DNA of 64,000 bases from an uncultured Allomuricauda sp. (lineage in GTDB: Bacteria > Bacteroidota > Bacteroidia > Flavobacteriales > Flavobacteriaceae). A program made the position numbers and the translations under genes. Each line of letters begins with the position of its first letter. The stretch's first letter is position 1. The stretch covers positions 7,612-71,611 of the forward strand of contig CALBPG010000074.1 of assembly GCA_937899065.1 (NCBI GenBank). Reading direction: 5' to 3'. Below, piece by piece: positions 56,611-64,000 of the stretch. The notes beneath the pieces were generated by a model. It was given only the letters and a program-made list of their open reading frames with translations, was not told where the DNA came from and searched no databases.

Positions 56611-58692
56611 TTAATTGATGGTTGCTCCGTTTTCCGGAGTCTCCTCATCTGGGTTCACAAATACCAATTTCCCCTCAGCGTTTTCGGTCATTAAAATCAT
56701 GCCTTCACTCTCTACACCGCGCAGTTTTCTAGGCGCTAAATTGACCAAAACCGTAACTTTTTTACCCACAATCTCCTCAGGTTTGAAACTTTCCGCGATT
56801 CCGGAAACGATGGTTCGGGTATCGATACCGGTATCCACCTTTAGCACAAGCAGTTTATTGGCTTTGGGCATTTTTTCTGCCTCCAAAATAGTGCCTACAC
56901 GTAGGTCTAGTTTGGTAAAATCATCAAAGGTTATGGTTTCTTTTTGAGGGGTTACACTCTTTTCCATTTGCGCATTCGCTTGTTTGGTGGCTTCGAGTTT
57001 ATCGAGCTGTTTTTGAATTTCGGCATCTTCAATTTTGCGGAAAAGCAATTCCGCAGGATTGATTTGGTGACCAGAAGGAATCAAAACATCTTGGGAAGAG
57101 ACGGAATTCCATGAAATTTCGGCTTCGCCTGAAAGCTTTTTAGTGTTCAATATCTGCTTCAGCTTTTTCGAAGTAAAGGGCAAAAACGGCTCACTAAGTG
57201 CTGCAAGTCCAGCAGCCAACTGTAAGGCCACATACATGATAGTTTTGACCCGTTCCTCATCGGTTTTTATAAGTTTCCAGGGCTCAGCATCGGCCAAGTA
57301 TTTATTGCCCAATCTGGCCAAGTTGAGCAATTCTTGACTTGCTTCTCGAAAGCGATAGCGGTTTAAGGAATTGGCAAGTGTTTCTGGATACCCTTTTAAG
57401 GCATCGAGTACTTGTTGGTCGACTTCCGAAAGCGTGTTGGGTTCAGGGATGATTCCACCGTAATATTTATGCGTAAGCACAACCACACGATTGATAAAAT
57501 TTCCAAAAATCGCAACTAGTTCATTATTGTTTCTTGCTTGAAAATCTTTCCAAGTAAAATCGTTGTCTTTGGTTTCGGGAGCATTTGCAGTCAACACATA
57601 CCGCAGGACATCTTGCATGTCTGGGAACTCCTCCAAGTATTCATGTAGCCAAACCGCCCAGTTTTTTGAAGTGGATAGCTTGTTGCCTTCCAGATTCAAA
57701 AACTCGTTTGCGGGCACATTTTGCGGTAAAACGTAGTCCCCATGGGCTTTGAGCATGCTTGGGAAGATGATACAGTGGAACACGATATTATCTTTTCCAA
57801 TAAAGTGGAGCAGTCGGGTATTTTCATCCTTCCAATACGGTTCCCAATCTTTTTCTTCGCGTTCGGCCCACTCTTTAGTAGAAGAGATATACCCGATTGG
57901 GGCATCAAACCAAACATAAAGCACTTTTCCTTCTGCATCTGCCACAGGAACAGGGATACCCCAATCCAAATCACGGGTCACGGCCCGAGGTTTCAACCCA
58001 TCATCAATCCACGATTTGCATTGACCGTACACATTGGGTTTCCAGTCGCTTTGATGGCCCTCGATAATCCATTCTTTTAAAAAGCTTTCGTATCTATCCA
58101 AAGGCAAAAACCAGTGCTTGGTTCGCTTCAAAGTTGGCGTGCTACCACTTAAAGTAGACTTTGGATTGATTAAATCGGTAGCATTCAAAGAAGAACCACA
58201 GTTTTCACATTGGTCACCGTACGCTTCTTCATAACCACATTTAGGGCAAGTTCCCGTTACAAAACGGTCGGCGAGGAACTGATGGGCCTCACTATCGTAG
58301 AGCTGTTCAGTTACTTCTTCGATAAAATCATCTTGTTCATATAGCTTTTTGAAAAAATCTGAAGCGGTTTCGTGATGCACGGCTGCGGATGTACGAGAAT
58401 AGTTGTCAAATGAAATCCCAAAATCCGAAAAGGCTTGTTTGATGATGCCATGATACTTATCAATAATCACTTGAGGACTCACTCCTTCTTTTTTGGCCTT
58501 CATCGGTATGGCCACACCATGTTCATCACTACCGCAAATGAAAATCACATCCTTGCCAATTCCTCTAAGGAAGCGGGCATAGATATCCGCAGGAACGTAA
58601 ACTCCAGCCAAATGCCCAATATGAATGGGGCCATTGGTGTAGGGCAAAGCAGCAGTTAGGGTATAGCGAGATGGTGTTGCCGTTTGGGTCAT
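56611..58692 (-). CDS. metG: Methionine--tRNA ligase
   Basis: [12 protein letters not shown], Zn knuckle [24 protein letters not shown]-terminal tRNA-binding domain. Confidence 0.98.
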   Translation of the reverse strand: MTQTATPSRYTLTAALPYTNGPIHIGHLAGVYVPADIYARFLRGIGKDVIFICGSDEHGVAIPMKAKKEGVSPQVIIDKYHGIIKQAFSDFGISFDNYSRTSAAVHHETASDFFKKLYEQDDFIEEVTEQLYDSEAHQFLADRFVTGTCPKCGYEEAYGDQCENCGSSLNATDLINPKSTLSGSTPTLKRTKHWFLPLDRYESFLKEWIIEGHQSDWKPNVYGQCKSWIDDGLKPRAVTRDLDWGIPVPVADAEGKVLYVWFDAPIGYISSTKEWAEREEKDWEPYWKDENTRLLHFIGKDNIVFHCIIFPSMLKAHGDYVLPQNVPANEFLNLEGNKLSTSKNWAVWLHEYLEEFPDMQDVLRYVLTANAPETKDNDFTWKDFQARNNNELVAIFGNFINRVVVLTHKYYGGIIPEPNTLSEVDQQVLDALKGYPETLANSLNRYRFREASQELLNLARLGNKYLADAEPWKLIKTDEERVKTIMYVALQLAAGLAALSEPFLPFTSKKLKQILNTKKLSGEAEISWNSVSSQDVLIPSGHQINPAELLFRKIEDAEIQKQLDKLEATKQANAQMEKSVTPQKETITFDDFTKLDLRVGTILEAEKMPKANKLLVLKVDTGIDTRTIVSGIAESFKPEEIVGKKVTVLVNLAPRKLRGVESEGMILMTENAEGKLVFVNPDEETPENGATIN

Positions 58693-58751
58693 ACAAAGCA
58701 AAATTAAGCAGCAAAAATACAGAATTTCGGTCTAGAACCTTGGCAGGCTAT

Positions 58752-58765
58752 CGATTCATGAATCG
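58752..58765. promoter_or_regulatory. Perfect 14-bp palindrome CGATTCATGAATCG
   Basis: Between divergent metG and the small ORF at 58829. Confidence 0.4.
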
Positions 58766-58828
58766 TTGGTAAAATAAACCTGGCTCAAATCAAGTTTTAT
58801 AAGAAAAGAACTACAAAAATTAAGAACC

Positions 58829-58993
58829 ATGAGTGTTGGAAACCCCAAGAAATTTGAGAAGCTAAAAGCAATGGCCAAGGCAGTGGAAGAAAGTGCTGAG
58901 GAAAGTACGGCTAGAGTCTACAAACGAAAAAACCAAAAGGTGAAAAAGGCCTTAGGTTTTAAAACGGATGAAGACAAACCACAACTCGGTTAA
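58829..58993 (+). CDS. Unannotated 54-aa basic hypothetical protein
   Basis: Manual translation MSVGNPKKFEKLKAMAKAVEESAEESTARVYKRKNQKVKKALGFKTDEDKPQLG*; A-rich leader typical of Bacteroidota. Confidence 0.6.
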   Translation: MSVGNPKKFEKLKAMAKAVEESAEESTARVYKRKNQKVKKALGFKTDEDKPQLG

Positions 58994-59081
58994 AAAGCAA
59001 ACCCTCCGATACATCAGTCCCAATGTGGGGTGGGGTGATGTACTACCGGAGGGCCAGTAATGTTTATCTATTTGAACCAGA

Positions 59082-60797
59082 TCACATAACCATGATCGAT
59101 TTACTCATACGTTGATCGCCAACCGAAATACGATAGATGTACTTTCCAGTAGAAAGACTATCACGTACGCGTTCGCGAATATTTATTTCTGCGGAACCTT
59201 CCATTACCATTTCATTGAACACAGTACCGACTTTTTGACCGATAATGTTGAACAACTCAATATCGACATGCGCCGCGAAAGGCATTTCCAAATAAATATG
59301 AGGTGCCTGTTGGTTCGGGTAATACGGTCTATGTACAATGGCATTTTCAATTTCAGGATTCGGGTCCATTGCATCTGGATCACTCGGAGGTGTCTCCGGA
59401 AGCGTTGGCGGATCGCTGTCCATCGCAATGTCAGGGAAATCCGTTCCGCTACAGTTGAAACCAAGGTTCACCGGATTGTAAGGGTGATCTAATAAATGCT
59501 GTTCCACCAATGGAATAGGCACACACATCCATTCTGCAAGAACTGTCGCGTACAAATCCCTGAAATCCATCGTGTATTCCAAGTTTCCACGACCGTTTGG
59601 ACTGTCCAAGTCTGGGTGATCGCCCACAAAAGCACTACCGTTCAATCCTGAACCGAAGAACAGGGTTGGAGCAGCTTTACCATGGTCAGTTCCTAAAGAA
59701 CCGTTTTCAAAAATTCGACGTCCAAACTCAGAGAAAGTCATACTCAAGGTAAGTCTGTCTTGCTCAGTGAAACTCAAATCTTCGTAGAAGTTATTTACGG
59801 CAATGGACAACGTAGACATCAATCTCTCGTGTGCCAAAGGTTGGTTTCCGTGGGTGTCGAATCCACCCATGGAAATCATATAAACCTTGGTTCCAAGATT
59901 CCCTTTAATCAATCGCGCCAATAAGGCCAATTGACGCGCAAAACCATTGTTTTGGTATTCTACCTGGTTTTGTCCTCTTTCGTAGGCTTCGTGAATTTTA
60001 CCAGCGTATTCGTAGGTCGTGTTGGCCACACCTCTTAAGAAACGCAGTTGGTCACCGTACATACAATCGTCAAACGGTGCATTTTCGATGTCATAGAAGA
60101 ATCCAGTTTGCGCAATTTCTTCCAACTGGTCGATGTTATTGGTAACGAATGCGTAATTGGTTTCTTCACCTTGGAATACCAAGTTGGCAATATTTCCAAT
60201 TTGAATGGCTGCTGGTGCAGCAGGTGGATTAATCAAATAATCTGGAAAGCATTGCTCAAAGTGTCTTCCCATCCAACCCGTATTGAGACCATCAAAACCA
60301 GTGGTGGTCAAGTCCGTATTTGCATAAATATCAGACCCTGTGAAGTGGGAAAGGCTTTGGTTTTGGTAACCGACACCGTGCACTGCTTTAAATTGACCTT
60401 CTCCCCAGAGTGGTTCCAAGGCATTCATGTAAGTGGGGACTCCGAAATCATCGGTAAGCTTTAGAATCTTACTCTCAGGGATGTAAATATTCGGCCGTTG
60501 CGTAGCATAAGAATCATATTGTTGTATCGGGATAACGGTACTTAAACCATCGTTTCCTCCCGAAAGACGAATCAATATGAGGATATTGTCAGTTTCCGCA
60601 CTCGAAATAGCCGCAGTAAGTGGTGATGGGCCTGAAGCGGAAAGTAAATTGCTGCCCAAAAACATGGAACCCGAACCAGCTATGCCCAAGGCCTGTAAAA
60701 AGGACCGTCGGCTCCAATTGGTGTGTTCCTGATCGTGGCCTTCATGCTCAAGACCTTTATAAGGGTCTTTATCGTGAATGTTATGAGTATCGCACAT
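59082..60797 (-). CDS. DUF1501 protein with Tat signal and T9SS type-A C-terminal domain
   Basis: SRRSFL; LSGGNDGL, SLSHF, GGFDTHGNQ, TFSEFGRR, GTDHG, DFRDLYAT; CTD YYPN..FNIIGQKV..GKYIYRI. Confidence 0.88.
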   Translation of the reverse strand: MCDTHNIHDKDPYKGLEHEGHDQEHTNWSRRSFLQALGIAGSGSMFLGSNLLSASGPSPLTAAISSAETDNILILIRLSGGNDGLSTVIPIQQYDSYATQRPNIYIPESKILKLTDDFGVPTYMNALEPLWGEGQFKAVHGVGYQNQSLSHFTGSDIYANTDLTTTGFDGLNTGWMGRHFEQCFPDYLINPPAAPAAIQIGNIANLVFQGEETNYAFVTNNIDQLEEIAQTGFFYDIENAPFDDCMYGDQLRFLRGVANTTYEYAGKIHEAYERGQNQVEYQNNGFARQLALLARLIKGNLGTKVYMISMGGFDTHGNQPLAHERLMSTLSIAVNNFYEDLSFTEQDRLTLSMTFSEFGRRIFENGSLGTDHGKAAPTLFFGSGLNGSAFVGDHPDLDSPNGRGNLEYTMDFRDLYATVLAEWMCVPIPLVEQHLLDHPYNPVNLGFNCSGTDFPDIAMDSDPPTLPETPPSDPDAMDPNPEIENAIVHRPYYPNQQAPHIYLEMPFAAHVDIELFNIIGQKVGTVFNEMVMEGSAEINIRERVRDSLSTGKYIYRISVGDQRMSKSIMVM

Positions 60798-60808
60798 AGT
60801 AGTAGGGG

Positions 60809-62317
60809 TTATTTAAGTTGAAATTCAGGTTCTCTAGACAGGTGTCGCAATAAAACATAGACTTGCGTAGGTGCTTCCATGCTTACGGCCAACATCCAAA
60901 GACTTTGGCCACCATCGATATAGTCAGGAGAATAATAAATCTCGGGAACGTCATCTATTTTGAACGCATCCATGGCGTTTTCAAAGTCTTGCTCGGTCAA
61001 CAACCCTTTTGGTGTGAATTTATTGACCAAAGCCCGTACTACGATTTCCGGATTACTGGTGTTACTATTGGCAACGCCAACGGCATCCATCGCCAAAGTT
61101 CTAAACTGTTCAGGGTTTGCTTGATAAAAACGTTCCAAGAACACTTCTGAAGTCAACCATCTACCAATAATAAAATTGGTGTTAATCCATTCACGGTCGC
61201 GTTGCCATCCGGCTACATCGACAGGATCCCATAATTCTTGACCAATCATTTCAGCGGCGTCAATCGTGTTGATGACTGTCGCGTCATCATAAGCGAAATT
61301 GGTCTCTTTCAACATCGCCAAGTATAAGTCAAACGGACTCTTGATGATAACCCCAATGGCATCTTCATCAAAAAAGTGCTGACTCTTAAAGAGCTGACGC
61401 AATACTGGGGCAATTTCAAAGTTGTTTGCCAAAAAGGTGGTCGCCATACCTGAAATAATGACTTGCGCATTACCTGCTTCGTCGTCTGAATCAGGATGTA
61501 CAAAATACTCGTAAAGTTTTTGACATATAAAAGTGGCGATTTCGTTGGGTCGTTGTGTGAAAAGAATGTCCATCGTTTCATCGTATCCCCAATTCCCAGT
61601 TTGACCCAAGATGGTCTTGTTGTCCGTGTTGAACTGCTCAGGATTGAAGGTTACAAACGTACATCCCTCTTCACCACGTTCGGTGTATCCTGATAGGGAT
61701 TTCGAGGTTTCAATAATGTCTTCTTCTGTGTATCCGTTTCCTTCACCCAAAGTGAAAAGCTCGTAAAGCTCTCGGGCATAGTTTTCATTTGGATTGTTAC
61801 CACGGTTGCGTACTCCATCCAAATAATAAAGCATCGCACTGGTCAAACCAATTTCGGAAACAAAAGTTCTGAAGTTACCTAAGGCGTTTCGTTGAAGACA
61901 ATTCACATATTCGTAAAGGAAGGAGTTACATTGATATACATCCAACTCAGTTACAAAGTGATTGCTCCAAAAAAAGCTTAAACGGTCACGTAGGTTATTG
62001 TTCAATAGGGCATTTCCGTAGGCGGTTGCCAATTCTTCTTGCTGGGCACGTCGTATTTGACGAGCCAAATCATCGTCTTCTGGATAATTGGCATTATTCC
62101 AATTGGCCCATTCCGGGGCAGGAATAGGGGCTTGGGCTAATGCTTGGTCCACAAGCGCATCTACAAGCGCATCTGCAGATTGTCCGACTGCGGCATTGAT
62201 TGTTTGTACCGAGGCACTGAATCCCAACCGACGGTACAAGTGGGCGGCACGTAACTCATCCAATGGATCAGTGTACGGCGCCAAAGTTGAGGAATTACAA
62301 TTGATAAAGTACTCCAT
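60809..62317 (-). CDS. DUF1800 family protein
   Basis: AAHLYRRLGF, FFWSNHFVT, AMLYYLDG..N..NPNENYARELYELFTLG, IKSP, P.V.GW. Confidence 0.92.
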   Translation of the reverse strand: MEYFINCNSSTLAPYTDPLDELRAAHLYRRLGFSASVQTINAAVGQSADALVDALVDQALAQAPIPAPEWANWNNANYPEDDDLARQIRRAQQEELATAYGNALLNNNLRDRLSFFWSNHFVTELDVYQCNSFLYEYVNCLQRNALGNFRTFVSEIGLTSAMLYYLDGVRNRGNNPNENYARELYELFTLGEGNGYTEEDIIETSKSLSGYTERGEEGCTFVTFNPEQFNTDNKTILGQTGNWGYDETMDILFTQRPNEIATFICQKLYEYFVHPDSDDEAGNAQVIISGMATTFLANNFEIAPVLRQLFKSQHFFDEDAIGVIIKSPFDLYLAMLKETNFAYDDATVINTIDAAEMIGQELWDPVDVAGWQRDREWINTNFIIGRWLTSEVFLERFYQANPEQFRTLAMDAVGVANSNTSNPEIVVRALVNKFTPKGLLTEQDFENAMDAFKIDDVPEIYYSPDYIDGGQSLWMLAVSMEAPTQVYVLLRHLSREPEFQLK

Positions 62318-62487
62318 AGCAATGTCTGGCGTTAAATAGGTCCATAGTTTTGGGGCAACTATATGTCTAGCTTTACGTTGGTGTGGTTCCGAAAGAGCTC
62401 ACAAATTACAATGTTAACGTCGAGACAACGGTGAAGCACCAAATTTTTCGATGAAATGCATGTTTTTTTTCTATTTTTCTAGGATTT

Positions 62488-62847
62488 ATGGCATTTCATA
62501 ACGATTTAGGGGCTAAAGGGGAGCAAATTGCTGTTGATTTTTTAATCAAAAAAGGTTACAAAATCCTCGAAAAAAACTATAGATATCGAAAAGCAGAGTT
62601 GGATATCATTGCCCAAAAAGAATCCATACTGGCGATTATCGAGGTAAAAACGCGTTCTGCAGGCTTCTTGGAAGGACTGGAACAAACCATAGGAAAACGA
62701 AAAATCCTATTGCTAACAACTGCTGCCGATTTTTATGTGCAAGAACGCGATTTGGACGTAGATGTGCGATTTGATGTGATTCTGATTATTTTAAAAGGGG
62801 ATGCGGTGAGCATCGAACACTGGGAAGATGCATTCTACCACTTTTAA
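62488..62847 (+). CDS. yraN: YraN/UPF0102 family nuclease
   Basis: GAKGEQIA, ILEKNYR..ELDIIA, IEVKTR, RFDVI. Confidence 0.9.
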   Translation: MAFHNDLGAKGEQIAVDFLIKKGYKILEKNYRYRKAELDIIAQKESILAIIEVKTRSAGFLEGLEQTIGKRKILLLTTAADFYVQERDLDVDVRFDVILIILKGDAVSIEHWEDAFYHF

Positions 62848-62897
62848 CGATTTGTGTTATTTGTAACAATTTGTTAATTTGCACCCAAACTAACCAC

Positions 62898-63557
62898 ATG
62901 AAAACAATTTCTGCAGTTGTTGAACATTATATCAAGAAGAAGCCCTTTCTGCAAAGTGCGCTTTCGCAAGGGATCATCAACCTAACTTCCTTATCTCGTC
63001 AAATCAAGCCGGAGATTTCAGAAGCACTGGGCAAGGATGTAAAGGATGGAGCGGTTGTGATGGCTTTAAAAAGACTTTCGGATGACCTTGAATTTAGGGC
63101 GACCCACAAAATCGTAAAAGTGCTCAAGAACATTGGCGAAATTACTGTTCGTTCCAATCTCACGGATTACACTTTTTTGGCTTCGGAAACGATTCTACAG
63201 CAGCAAGCGCAATTGCTAGAAGAAATCAATAAGAATCAAGATGTGTTCTATACTTCTTCCCGTGGGGTGAATGAAATCAATATTGTCATTAGTCGTACCA
63301 TGGATGCCACGGTAGAACAGCTCTTTGCTGGAGAACGGTGCACCCAAAAAGCGGAAAACCTTTCTTCCATAACGGTTAAGCTTCCAGCCGAGAATGTTTC
63401 CGTACCTGGAATCTACTACTTTATTTTCCAGCGCTTGGCTTGGGAGGGCATCGTTTTATATGAGGTGATTTCCACTACGAATGAGTTTACTATTCTTGTG
63501 AACGAAGAACAGGTGGATGTGGCTTTTAAAACCATCAAAGACCTCAAAACCCTTTAA
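62898..63557 (+). CDS. ACT-domain protein (aspartate-kinase regulatory-like, no kinase domain)
   Basis: KPFLQSALSQGIINLTSLSR, PGIYYFIFQRLAWEGI..EVISTTNEFT; ATG at 62898. Confidence 0.8.
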   Translation: MKTISAVVEHYIKKKPFLQSALSQGIINLTSLSRQIKPEISEALGKDVKDGAVVMALKRLSDDLEFRATHKIVKVLKNIGEITVRSNLTDYTFLASETILQQQAQLLEEINKNQDVFYTSSRGVNEINIVISRTMDATVEQLFAGERCTQKAENLSSITVKLPAENVSVPGIYYFIFQRLAWEGIVLYEVISTTNEFTILVNEEQVDVAFKTIKDLKTL

Positions 63558-64000
63558 GGCTCCATTTCTTGTTTTTCGTAGATGTTGTGTATCGCCAAAA
63601 TCAATAGGCCGAATCCTACAGCGAACACAATCAGGGCGGTGTTGACTAGTCCGTCTACCGAGAAGGATAAACGAATAAGGATGGTTGAAATCACAAATCC
63701 CGAGTTTCGAATCACCTTATGGAACTTATCCGTATAGAAAAAGGAGACCAATAGGAGGATGACATCGACAATGATGAGAATGGTAAAAAACTCATCGAAA
63801 AAAACGCTATTTACATTTTTGAGTCCATCAAAATTACCACTGCCTTGTAAAAGCAATTTGTAAGACCAATCTCCCAAGGAATAAAAAGCCAAAACCAGAA
63901 GAATGGGCACCAAACATACCGCAATAAGGCGCTTGAAATTCACGAATTTTTCCAGATTTTGAACCAACACTTGGTTTTGGTCCATTAAATGTTTCCGGCG
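63554..64000 (-). CDS. Membrane protein, 3' part only (frame open to window edge)
   Basis: Four hydrophobic segments; frame continues upstream of the ATG at 63985 without a stop. Confidence 0.7.
   Translation of the reverse strand, partial: RRKHLMDQNQVLVQNLEKFVNFKRLIAVCLVPILLVLAFYSLGDWSYKLLLQGSGNFDGLKNVNSVFFDEFFTILIIVDVILLLVSFFYTDKFHKVIRNSGFVISTILIRLSFSVDGLVNTALIVFAVGFGLLILAIHNIYEKQEMEP

Noticed and set aside
464-62339. Numerous 60-175 aa antisense or alternate-frame ORFs in the track (e.g. 2838-3374, 17105-17632, 21765-22292, 42316-42777)
   Set aside because: Shadows of well-supported genes with no motifs or independent signals

Overview
64 kb chromosomal window from a marine-type Flavobacteriaceae (Bacteroidota). 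This is inferred from TAnnTTTG promoter boxes, many lipoproteins, a T9SS C-terminal domain and gene content. No CRISPR array, integrase, transposase or prophage gene was seen. Left end (1-4.3 kb): FNR-like reductase, SulP permease and a persulfide dioxygenase-rhodanese fusion. From about 5 to 28 kb is an accessory region around tRNA-Arg(CCT), bracketed by two paralogous Ig-like lipoprotein genes. It holds a membrane-anchored regulator with a secreted hydrolase cluster, and a module in which an ECF sigma and TPR anti-sigma lie divergently from an operon of secreted proteins and lipoproteins ending in a signal-peptide-bearing, membrane-anchored TPR-CHAT (caspase-like) protease. The divergent junction carries two mirror-image ECF-like promoter motifs. 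From 28 to 39 kb are mostly housekeeping-type genes (moaE-moaC, threonine dehydrogenase, M28 peptidase, SDR/TetR with three operator sites). From 39.6 to 49.3 kb is a LacI-controlled TonB receptor / GH63 hydrolase / Na+:solute symporter / glycerate kinase locus, which suggests scavenging of glucosylglycerate or mannosylglycerate. From 50 to 64 kb: AraC-aldehyde dehydrogenase-DUF779, a tail-less SSB, ferritin followed by an unannotated 52-aa Cys/Lys-rich ORF with a FhuF-type C-C-x10-C-x2-C motif, HDAC-family protein, metG, a DUF1800/DUF1501 pair (Tat signal plus T9SS domain), yraN and an ACT protein. All family calls are from motif recognition by eye; no database searches were run.
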